Source: a virus (lineage: Duplodnaviria > Caudoviricetes). Taken from it: DNA of 50,207 nucleotides. Below are positions 25,988 through 33,440 of the stretch, one piece after another. Where the stretch lies: IMG/VR virus record IMGVR_UViG_3300005253_000377, positions 1 through 50,207 of that record; one strand, 5' to 3'. Each line of letters begins with the position of its first letter. The first letter of the stretch is position 1. Under the pieces are notes generated by a model. It was not told where the DNA came from. It did not search any database and saw only the letters and a program-made list of their open reading frames with translations. A program made the translations under genes and the position numbers.

Positions 25988-26049
25988 TAAACTCAGTAAG
26001 CTCAAGCCGTCCGTTTATGGAGTCAGACGGCTTTCGCTTGCGGGGTTTA
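25988..26049 (-). ncRNA. Conserved intergenic RNA hairpin, copy B
   Basis: UAAACCCCGCAAGC-GA-AAGCCGUCUG...CGGACGGCUU-GA-GCUUACUGAGUUUA, homologous flanks to 28625..28680. Confidence 0.6.
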
Positions 26050-26268
26050 GTCCACGATATGGATTTCTGCATTGACAAGATATACTGCTTCACCGCATAA
26101 GTCGGAGCCATATTCCCCATCTATTAAGTTAACAGCATCTTGCTCGTAATTGGTTTTCATCCATATATTAGCATCAGTCTCGGCCGCAAACCAAAAACAA
26201 TCCCCTTCGTTCAAATCCTCAAACAATGTGCTTTTTAATTCTTTCTTTTCAGGTTTTACAATCTTCAT
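26047..26268 (-). CDS. Hypothetical protein
   Basis: 73 aa, GAGG RBS. Confidence 0.6.
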   Translation of the reverse strand: MKIVKPEKKELKSTLFEDLNEGDCFWFAAETDANIWMKTNYEQDAVNLIDGEYGSDLCGEAVYLVNAEIHIVD

Positions 26269-26278
26269 CTACATTACC

Positions 26279-26530
26279 TCACTTTCTACAATCACATTTA
26301 TGTTTCCGACCTGTACTATCCAGGCCGACAATCACACCATGTTCACATGTCACCAGGTCTGGGAGCTGCCTGTATATCTTAGAACGCAGACAGTTTCCAC
26401 ATGTTGCGTCTTCGCGGTTCCGCGTCACACTGTCACCGTACTTCTCGCGGCTCACGTAGATGCCGCATGCGGCTCGTCCTGTCGCATCCAGGATGCTTGT
26501 TTCTTTGCTGATGTAATGTGTTGGTTTCAT
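26279..26530 (-). CDS. Small Cys/His-rich protein
   Basis: H...ACG...TCGNC, GGAG RBS before MKPTHY. Confidence 0.5.
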   Translation of the reverse strand: MKPTHYISKETSILDATGRAACGIYVSREKYGDSVTRNREDATCGNCLRSKIYRQLPDLVTCEHGVIVGLDSTGRKHKCDCRK

Positions 26531-26716
26531 ATCATAGTCTCCAGTAATACCATAGCCATATTCCAATTATCACTATCAGACCTAATACTAAGGCCAATAG
26601 TGCCGCACCTAATGTAAATCCCAGCCAATACATCATTATACCCTCACTTTCCGGCCAATCGGCCACATTCGGTTCCCGGACGTTCACTGTACTGGACAAA
26701 CGCTGGGCGGTCGGTG

Positions 26717-27334
26717 TTAAACTATCACCCACAACGCTCGTAATTCGTCTGAAAACATATCTGGCGTTCCCGTGCAAAATGATTGCCAGCGTAGGTCTTC
26801 AAATGATTCATCCTCACGTTCGCCATCGTGGTACTCTTTACAATCAGAGCAGATATAACTGAAGTCGTAGTGTTCGTCTGGATTCACTTCGACAATCTCG
26901 GTATCGCCTACGTACGATTCGCAGCAGGGACACCCACCAGACGAATAACATTCAACACAAAACAAATCTTTATCCTCAATAACCATATCATCACAGCTAT
27001 CTATTCCGCATTCACAAGCCAAACATACTGCAAAAAACTCGATGTTCCCATTGTCGTTGAACCATTGCAGAACGCCGAACACGTGGACAGGGTGCGTTTC
27101 TTTGCTAAATGTCTTGATGTCGTCTTTATTACTCATATCATAGATATATGTTCCACTACAATTAGCCCAAAATAATTCTTTGGCGTTTTCAATACTGGTA
27201 ACGGCTTTACGTCCAGATGATTGTATATCGTGGAACGTTCCTTGCTTGTCTATGTAAAAGTAATTCCATTCCCAATAACAGCCGTCATATCCGCCGCCCT
27301 GGTATTGTACTAAAATATTAGTTCTCATAATCAT
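26717..27334 (-). CDS. Cys-rich hypothetical protein
   Basis: 205 aa, YQGGGYDGCYWEWN plus four CxxC pairs. Confidence 0.7.
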   Translation of the reverse strand: MIMRTNILVQYQGGGYDGCYWEWNYFYIDKQGTFHDIQSSGRKAVTSIENAKELFWANCSGTYIYDMSNKDDIKTFSKETHPVHVFGVLQWFNDNGNIEFFAVCLACECGIDSCDDMVIEDKDLFCVECYSSGGCPCCESYVGDTEIVEVNPDEHYDFSYICSDCKEYHDGEREDESFEDLRWQSFCTGTPDMFSDELRALWVIV

Positions 27335-27483
27335 TCTCCGTGTCTATGAGCAAACGATTCCGGCTGTGCGATAGCATAATCGCGGCGAGTAATATCGTCC
27401 CGCGTTCCGCACATCGGGCAGCCGTAGTTATGGTCATCAAGCCAAACGTAGCCACATTCGCATTCGTATTCGTTCATTTTCAT
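27331..27483 (-). CDS. Small zinc-ribbon protein
   Basis: YECECG...CPMCG, directly downstream of the promoter at 27505-27533. Confidence 0.55.
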   Translation of the reverse strand: MKMNEYECECGYVWLDDHNYGCPMCGTRDDITRRDYAIAQPESFAHRHGE

Positions 27484-27504
27484 ATTCTCATTTTCCATAA
27501 TGTT

Positions 27505-27533
27505 ATTATAACGTTTTAGATAATGTAAGTCAA
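27505..27533 (-). promoter_or_regulatory. Sigma70-type promoter (TTGACT-17-TATAAT)
   Basis: GCTTGACTTACATTATCTAAAACGTTATAAT. Confidence 0.75.
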
Positions 27534-27627
27534 GCCTTTTTTCTACGATTATTATAGCTATAAATATTATGCTTATCATAAAACCAGTGCCGGACATTGC
27601 ATCCGGCTGGCTGCTGATTCAGTCTGG

Positions 27628-27795
27628 TTATTTACCGTAAGCGTGTTCGGCTGGATTCGTTATAAACCAGTCTTTGCATTGTTCACATTTTACAACTTCT
27701 AATATCTCAATTTCTGTATTAAAATGTTCACACGATGGACAAATCCATTCATAACCGCGTGCGATTATGTCAACTGTTGATTCTTTTTTACTCAT
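27628..27795 (-). CDS. 55-aa zinc-ribbon protein (not in the ORF track)
   Basis: MSKKESTVDIIARGYEWICPSCEHFN...KCEQC, AGGGG RBS. Confidence 0.65.
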   Translation of the reverse strand: MSKKESTVDIIARGYEWICPSCEHFNTEIEILEVVKCEQCKDWFITNPAEHAYGK

Positions 27796-27807
27796 AATCA
27801 ATCCCCT

Positions 27808-28098
27808 TTAATCTTGAACATAATCTGTTTTCAATAGCTCACATCGAGCTAATTCTGCACCGATATATGCCGCGTGTTCGGGTTGTAGTAATATCGGCCA
27901 ATCCTGCATCATACGCTTGCGAACATCACTTGCCGCACCTTGATAACTGATAACCGGATAGTCCGTGGGGTTAATCGAATCTGCGATACCCATTACATCC
28001 AGCCGGACAGTATTATCGTCAATCCAGTTTATCAAGGTATAATATCCGCTGTTGTCTTTAATCCAATCTGTCTTTGGTACTTTAATTAATTGCCACAT
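27808..28098 (-). CDS. Hypothetical protein
   Basis: Start MWQLIK with AGGAG RBS. C-terminal EHAAYIGAELARCE...YVQD recalls a DUF4346-type tail. Confidence 0.6.
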   Translation of the reverse strand: MWQLIKVPKTDWIKDNSGYYTLINWIDDNTVRLDVMGIADSINPTDYPVISYQGAASDVRKRMMQDWPILLQPEHAAYIGAELARCELLKTDYVQD

Positions 28099-28108
28099 AG
28101 GTTTTCTC

Positions 28109-28261
28109 CTATAAAATAGTATTTTTTCGTAAACATAAGTTAAATTTCCAACCTTGTGATTCGCCATAAAATTTAGCTTTGCGGTTTTCTAAAACAAGTG
28201 CTAAGCCAAAAAACGCAATGCGTAACGACCAAAGATGTTTTGTGTGTATATAATCATACAT
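28109..28261 (-). CDS. Hypothetical 50-aa protein (not in the ORF track)
   Basis: AAGGGG RBS before MYDYIHTKHLWSLRI. Confidence 0.45.
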   Translation of the reverse strand: MYDYIHTKHLWSLRIAFFGLALVLENRKAKFYGESQGWKFNLCLRKNTIL

Positions 28262-28359
28262 AGTTAATCCCCTTAGCATAACGCCAAATATACCAATACT
28301 ACGAGTAATAGCATATCCTGCATCTTAATATTGTTAAATAGCATTGATTTAGCTCCTAA

Positions 28360-28608
28360 TTATTTCGCATATTTGATAACCCATATATGCGTATAATTGC
28401 ATATGTCCGTCTCGTCAATCGCGTCTCCCCTATTATAACAATTATCAACAGAGATAATCAGCCAACCAAGATAAACAACCAGCCAAACTGCGTTATCATA
28501 ACCAAGCACAATACCGTTAGTAAAATGTAATGTATATCGCCCAATTATAAATAACGGCGATAAGTGCCAGCCTCGCCAAGATATTTGGAACAGCCGTTTC
28601 CTTTTCAT
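28360..28608 (-). CDS. Hypothetical protein
   Basis: 82 aa. Confidence 0.5.
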   Translation of the reverse strand: MKRKRLFQISWRGWHLSPLFIIGRYTLHFTNGIVLGYDNAVWLVVYLGWLIISVDNCYNRGDAIDETDICNYTHIWVIKYAK

Positions 28609-28624
28609 ATCATATCTTTCTCAG

Positions 28625-28680
28625 AATAAACTCAATAGCCTTGCCCAGGGTAACAACTGGGCAATGCTGCGGAGTTTATT
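28625..28680 (-). ncRNA. Conserved intergenic RNA hairpin, copy A
   Basis: AAUAAACUC-CGC-AGC-A-UUGCCCAG...CUGGGCAA-G-GCU-AUU-GAGUUUAUU. Confidence 0.6.
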
Positions 28681-28876
28681 ATTGTAACAGCTGTTCTCGT
28701 ATGGCTTGACCGCCACAATCAGCCGTGTCTTTGACTTCGCAGGTTTCACAGACTGATAGGCCGTCAAATTGTATTAACCAGCACTCACCTGTCAATTTGC
28801 TCTGGTCTATCATTTTACTTTCAGTAATGACCACTTGCCCGTTTTCGATTTTAGCTTTTTGATACAACATAATCAA
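28679..28876 (-). CDS. First leftward early gene, Cys-rich hypothetical protein
   Basis: GGGAG RBS, directly downstream of the leftward promoter. Confidence 0.6.
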   Translation of the reverse strand: MIMLYQKAKIENGQVVITESKMIDQSKLTGECWLIQFDGLSVCETCEVKDTADCGGQAIREQLLQ

Positions 28877-28910
28877 TCTCCCTTAGTTTAATTGTTCTGT
28901 TCATATGTAA

Positions 28911-28968
28911 AGTATAACACATATCAGAACATAATGCAAGCATAATCTCGTAATATTATGAAAATATA
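28911..28968 (-). repeat. Left arm of a 58-bp inverted repeat, contains a leftward promoter (TTGCAT-17-TATACT)
   Basis: Reverse complement matches 29509..29566 at 49/58 positions, ungapped. Confidence 0.85.
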
Positions 28969-29019
28969 CAGTAATCAGTAATATGTCAAGCTAATGTCAC
29001 TCACTTAGTCTGATAATCA

Positions 29020-29360
29020 CGTAGATAATGATAGTAACAAGGCCGATATGATAGTATATGATAGTAAGAAAAGGCTTACTATGGTATTATAAATGCTTAT
29101 AGTATAAGAGTTTACAAGCGAAATGATAGTATATGATAGTAAAACCCAAAAAAATAAAACTCATTAAGAGCTATACTCTATACTACCTTATATACGTATA
29201 TTGACTTGACATACATAATATCCCTATGAAACTTTTACTCATTATACTATCTATACTATACTATTCCTTCTTTATACTATCAAAAAGAAAGAAAGTATAG
29301 TATAGTAAGAGTATAGTATATGATAGTAAGCAATGGTCAATAGTAGATTATAGTAAAATC
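29020..29360. other. AT-rich putative replication origin with ATGATAGTA / TATAGTA / TACTATA repeats
   Basis: Non-coding, sits at the strand switch, several ATGATAGTA copies (about 29028, 29048, 29058, 29123, 29133, 29320). Confidence 0.5.
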
Positions 29361-29508
29361 GGGGATTACAAGTGTAATCGTACATAGTTTGATTACTTTG
29401 TTAAACATTGTTTGATAATGTAGTGGTGGGTCGGCTGTGTCCGGGCAACGCACGCACAACAGAGTATAAATCATATCAGATACGCACGCCCGCTCTATAA
29501 TGTGCCAA

Positions 29509-29566
29509 TATATTTTCATAATATTGTGAGATTATACTTGCATAATGTTATGATATAGTGTATACT
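29509..29566 (+). repeat. Right arm of the 58-bp inverted repeat, contains a rightward promoter (TTGCAT-17-TATACT)
   Basis: -35 at 29538-29543, -10 at 29561-29566. Confidence 0.85.
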
Positions 29567-29604
29567 GTGTATAGTCAATGATAACTTAATGAAAGGATAA
29601 GAAA

Positions 29605-29751
29605 ATGAAATTGCTTATTGTAACAAATGATAATCAAGTGATAGACACAATCGGGGACATCGAAGAGTACAATCTTGATAAGCCGATAGCGAGGGCAAGT
29701 CTGATTGATGATATACAAGATATTATCAAGAGACAAGAAGTAAATCAATAA
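29605..29751 (+). CDS. Hypothetical 48-aa acidic protein (not in the ORF track)
   Basis: MKLLIVTNDNQVIDTIGDIEEYNLDKPIARASLIDDIQDIIKRQEVNQ, GAAAGGA RBS after the promoter. Confidence 0.6.
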   Translation: MKLLIVTNDNQVIDTIGDIEEYNLDKPIARASLIDDIQDIIKRQEVNQ

Positions 29752-29799
<48 letters not shown>

Positions 29800-30066
29800 C
29801 CATCAAGCCAGGCACACACGCCTGGCTTTCTTTTTGCTTACGCTTGCCCCCCGGTCGTACCCTTGCATCGTGTGTGCGGGAGGAGGTTGGACCCCCCTTT
29901 CTTGGTAGATCAGAAGACACGATTTTTCCTCACTATGTCAAGAACTTCTTCGTACTGTCTACTGAAGTATATATACTACAGTAGATGGACCCGCTATAGA
30001 GTACCCTACCAGTTTGGTAGGGATTAGATAGGGGGGTGGGTATCAAGGAGAATATTTATTTTATGC

Positions 30067-30095
30067 TTGACTGAGAAGTTGGATTGTGGTATAAT
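30067..30095 (+). promoter_or_regulatory. Sigma70-type promoter (TTGACT-17-TATAAT, extended -10)
   Basis: GCTTGACTGAGAAGTTGGATTGTGGTATAAT. Confidence 0.85.
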
Positions 30096-30107
30096 AGAGA
30101 TTGAAAT

Positions 30108-30228
30108 GAAGATAGAATGAACACATGGCTTGAATTGGAATCAATGTTGGTTGCAACAGCAGTATTTCGAATTGATAGGTGATTGCAAGCACTTATTAGT
30201 TTAAGCCATGTGTTTGTTCTATCTTTTT
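30108..30228 (+). ncRNA. Candidate small RNA/leader closed by a stem of about 28 bp
   Basis: AAGATAGAATGAACACATGGCTTGAATT pairs with AGTTTAAGCCATGTGTTTGTTCTATCTT, and every non-Watson-Crick position is G-U. Confidence 0.6.
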
Positions 30229-30235
30229 AAGGGGT

Positions 30236-30427
30236 ATGATGGCTGATATTGCAATATTAGTAAAGAAGTTGATTAACATCAAACGGCTGGCAGACGGTCA
30301 GATCCTTGCTCTCGGTGCTCAAGGACAGGCTATGGACGGCTATACTGAGCTTGCTGAGTATAGATGCCTTATAAACAAACTTGAAGAGGTTGGTGGAGCC
30401 ACAATTCCACCGAAAGGAACCGAATGA
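30236..30427 (+). CDS. Hypothetical protein
   Basis: AAGGGG RBS. Confidence 0.55.
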   Translation: MMADIAILVKKLINIKRLADGQILALGAQGQAMDGYTELAEYRCLINKLEEVGGATIPPKGTE

Positions 30428-30666
30428 AGAAGAACACACTGATCGAAGTTGAGTGGAATGACACGTTTGCTACATGTTCCTGGCATACTGATGCGTCTGC
30501 GAGCAATCTGCCAGTTTGCAAGTGTAAGACGGCGGGATATTTTATCAATAAGGATAAAGTAGCACTACGAGTAAGTCATACAGTTCAGACGGGTCAGTTT
30601 GATGCACGAGACGCGAGTGCAATTCCAGTTGGCTGCATAACGAAGATCAGGAGATTGAAACATTGA
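30424..30666 (+). CDS. Conserved small phage protein (VEWxD...C.T.GY...IP.GCI..I type)
   Basis: Motif layout of a common phage small-barrel family, ATGA-coupled. Confidence 0.65.
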   Translation: MKKNTLIEVEWNDTFATCSWHTDASASNLPVCKCKTAGYFINKDKVALRVSHTVQTGQFDARDASAIPVGCITKIRRLKH

Positions 30667-30781
30667 CGGGGCTGCTACCCCGCTTTAGTGGCGTGTGAGC
30701 CACAGAACACGAGGGTTGACCTCATCCCCAGGCAGGAAATTGAGGTATTTTTCTTGAAACCACTAATAGAAAGGGCGAGAA

Positions 30782-31030
30782 ATGAATTGTACAAAATGTG
30801 TTTCATAAAAAGTATGCTTTATACAAAATCAGATTGAACATTTAGCTGACAGAATGGCTCGACAACCATTTATGGAAGAAGTTGAGATAAGTGCAGAGAG
30901 AACTTCAGTAATGTCTCAGCGATACCAGGCAAAAGTAGAAAAGTCTGAGAATGTTTGTGGTCTACTACGAGGTATAATAGCTTCAAACTGTTCATTATTT
31001 GAGGAAGTGAAAGGGATTAGATGCAAGTAG
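30782..31030 (+). pseudogene. Small Cys-rich gene interrupted by an in-frame TAA at 30806
   Basis: Strong GAAAGGG RBS, reads MNCTKCVS*KVCFIQNQ...IASNCSLF. Confidence 0.5.
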
Positions 31031-31275
31031 AAATAGTAGCAGGGACAGAAGGAAAAGCTCTATATATTAATGACTATAGAGTAACCGGACCTAAACCCTG
31101 GGCTGGTGGTACAGTAATAGCATCCTTTGACGTTCCACAAGAAGAATTAAAGTGTGCTTTGGAAAGAAGTCTAATGAAGAACTGTGAGGCTCACACAAGA
31201 GTAGAATCGCCGGGGTTATGTTCTGTTTGTCTTGTTGAAGAGCGAGATAAATTACAAAAAGCTATGAGGAAGTGA
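31021..31275 (+). CDS. Hypothetical protein
   Basis: 84 aa, LYINDYRVTGPKPWAGG. Confidence 0.65.
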   Translation: MQVEIVAGTEGKALYINDYRVTGPKPWAGGTVIASFDVPQEELKCALERSLMKNCEAHTRVESPGLCSVCLVEERDKLQKAMRK

Positions 31276-31276
31276 C

Positions 31277-31531
31277 ATGATCCCAAACCCACGCAAGACG
31301 AAACAGAGAAAACCAGGCGAAGGTGCGTTTCCACTTGAGAAGGCTCGTATGTTGTACAACAGTTTCGATGAAGCTGGGCAGGACATGACCTTCGGGCAGT
31401 TTTATAGGGAATTATGCGGAATCGCTGACCTGGATGAGATGCGTAAAGACCTCAGCCGGATTGAATTGGCAAAGGCTCGTGAGAGAAGCAGCCGTCTGTT
31501 GATCGAGAGAGGATTGTTGCGTGCAAATTAA
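31277..31531 (+). CDS. Hypothetical protein
   Basis: 84 aa, GAGG RBS. Confidence 0.6.
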   Translation: MIPNPRKTKQRKPGEGAFPLEKARMLYNSFDEAGQDMTFGQFYRELCGIADLDEMRKDLSRIELAKARERSSRLLIERGLLRAN

Positions 31532-31685
31532 ACCGATCTACGAACTCCTTATAGAACAACATAAACAGCTTCAGCAGTTTGCACAGATTGTAAACGATGC
31601 AGTTGCTGTCAATAGTTATATGTTGCTTGAGGTTGAGGCACAGTTAAGAGGGGACAAGCCGAAGGAAGAAAAACAGCATGTGTAA
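31521..31685 (+). CDS. Hypothetical 54-aa protein (GTG start, not in the ORF track)
   Basis: GAGG RBS, fills the gap between neighbours. Confidence 0.45.
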   Translation: MQIKPIYELLIEQHKQLQQFAQIVNDAVAVNSYMLLEVEAQLRGDKPKEEKQHV

Positions 31686-31932
31686 ATATTGGAAATATGT
31701 TTGTTATCAAATAGATGGTAATCTGGGGGTTTGCCTATTAACTACTGAATGGTGCAAGAACAATCGGGAGTGGTTTCCCAAAGAGAAAGTGTGGCGTAGA
31801 TGTGTGTGGCATTTGCGATTGAAATTATATATTATGAGAGGGGTACATTATGTCAAGCGATGTATTTATTTCCGATGGCTTAACCAGAGAGAGAATATCT
31901 CCGGCGACAGCCAATCTCCAAAGAGAACTTAG
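31678..31932 (+). CDS. Hypothetical protein
   Basis: 84 aa, Cys/Trp-rich, overlaps the next gene. Confidence 0.4.
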   Translation: MCKYWKYVCYQIDGNLGVCLLTTEWCKNNREWFPKEKVWRRCVWHLRLKLYIMRGVHYVKRCIYFRWLNQRENISGDSQSPKRT

Positions 31933-32248
31933 AGATCTATTACAAACGATTCAAGAAGGTAGTGCTGGTGCATATAGTATTTTAGCAGGACCAGATCAGG
32001 TAATAATTACTACAACGAGTGCGAAGTTGAATACTTTAGGTATTGTTTTCAAAGATGATTTGAGGCGTTTAACAATTATACCTGAAGGTACAAATATATA
32101 TTGGAGTTTGGGCGGTACAGCAAAAAGTGGAATAAATTTATTGCCTCTGGCTTCTTTAGAGCTTGATATAGTAAAATCATTGGCTGAGAAACTTGAGTTT
32201 GTTATGTCAACATCAACAGAAAATCTGACGATAGTGCAGGAAGGATAG
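31850..32248 (+). CDS. Hypothetical, possibly structural beta-sandwich protein
   Basis: 132 aa, GAGGGG RBS. Confidence 0.6.
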   Translation: MSSDVFISDGLTRERISPATANLQRELRDLLQTIQEGSAGAYSILAGPDQVIITTTSAKLNTLGIVFKDDLRRLTIIPEGTNIYWSLGGTAKSGINLLPLASLELDIVKSLAEKLEFVMSTSTENLTIVQEG

Positions 32249-32255
32249 GTGACAT

Positions 32256-32912
32256 ATGAAGCTGTATCCACTTTATAATAACCAGACCCTGCTTACGTCG
32301 AGTTCTCCCACGTTTGCAGGACTAATACTTGCCGGAAATAGTGCAACCTTAGAATTAGTAGATGATAGCGGAAATGACGCTATTATAAAGGCGGGTGATT
32401 CTCAGTTGACAATTTCAGCAGACCCCAATGCTGCTGTTGCGAGCACTGATATGGTGTTCAAGTTGGATGGAGCAGAAGTAGCAAGATTTCAACAAGGCGG
32501 AGAATTTCAAAGCCTTGAGTCAATAATTGCTAAAAAAGGATTTGCAACGCAATTATGGGATATAGCAGGTGGAAATTGGGAAACAGCAGTAGTAAACATA
32601 GAATATTATAGTCCTAATCAATGTGGTGGAATATATGGAACTATTTATAGGCAATATTTTACTACAGCCTTAACTTCAACTAATCCACGACTTGATAATG
32701 GGGGTATTGTTACAAAAATGGTGGATTATGTTCTTCATACTCAATATACATCATCAGCCCGTGGTGTAGGACACGGTAATATGACCGCTTATGGAAGTAG
32801 TGATAATCATGCCTATCTTATGTTAAGTGGGATATCTGGCGGTGGGGATTTGTCTTTCGCACTTGATGGTTATTCAGTACTTACTGGTTGGGTTGATTAT
32901 ACTCGTTCTTAA
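32256..32912 (+). CDS. Fibre/spike-like virion protein
   Basis: SSPTFAGL motif shared with the tail fibre at 49677, FKLDGAEVARF beta-repeat. Confidence 0.5.
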   Translation: MKLYPLYNNQTLLTSSSPTFAGLILAGNSATLELVDDSGNDAIIKAGDSQLTISADPNAAVASTDMVFKLDGAEVARFQQGGEFQSLESIIAKKGFATQLWDIAGGNWETAVVNIEYYSPNQCGGIYGTIYRQYFTTALTSTNPRLDNGGIVTKMVDYVLHTQYTSSARGVGHGNMTAYGSSDNHAYLMLSGISGGGDLSFALDGYSVLTGWVDYTRS

Positions 32913-33052
32913 AGGGAGAAGTGATGAAGAAATGGATACAAAGATGCGAAGAATCAAGAAAGAAATAATGTGTGGGTGTAATAATAAGCCGTGTGATGAA
33001 CCATGCAGAACACATAATCTTAACCATGAGTGGGGTTGGTGTGGAGCAGCGT

Positions 33053-33439
33053 ATGAAAGAGAAAAACCTAAAAGACAAATTAGAAGCCGGAGACAAAAAG
33101 CGAGCGGGTCGCCTGTTATCGACGTTTCTGCGAGAGATCGCACAGGAAAAGACAGAGATACTAAGCGTCGAAGGCGGCGTGCCGAAACAGGTTACTAAGG
33201 CACGAGCACTTGCTGCTCAGATCTGGCGTAGGGCACTCGGTACATATGTTTATATTGATCCTGTGACTGATGCTACGAAGCAGCCGCCGCCCGACAAGCA
33301 GATGATCGAACTGATTTTCGATAGGTGTGAGGGCAAGGTCGGAACCCATGATGAGGAAGTGAAGAAAGATGCGAGTGTGCCTGACAAAGTAAGTCAGGCG
33401 AACAAGGATAAATTAAACAAGATGGCGCGGAAGAAATAG
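33053..33439 (+). CDS. terS: Putative terminase small subunit
   Basis: Immediately upstream of terL, ELIFDRCEGK motif, GGAG RBS before MKEKNL. Confidence 0.65.
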   Translation: MKEKNLKDKLEAGDKKRAGRLLSTFLREIAQEKTEILSVEGGVPKQVTKARALAAQIWRRALGTYVYIDPVTDATKQPPPDKQMIELIFDRCEGKVGTHDEEVKKDASVPDKVSQANKDKLNKMARKK

Positions 33440-33440
33440 T

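Noticed and set aside
30806-30808. Genome-wide stop-codon reassignment
   Set aside because: Large genes are intact in the standard code and TAA, TAG and TGA all serve as coupled stops. This is an isolated case.
32827-33198. 123-aa ORF overlapping terS
   Set aside because: Overlaps both neighbours extensively. At most a short Cys-rich peptide from 32968, which I cannot support.
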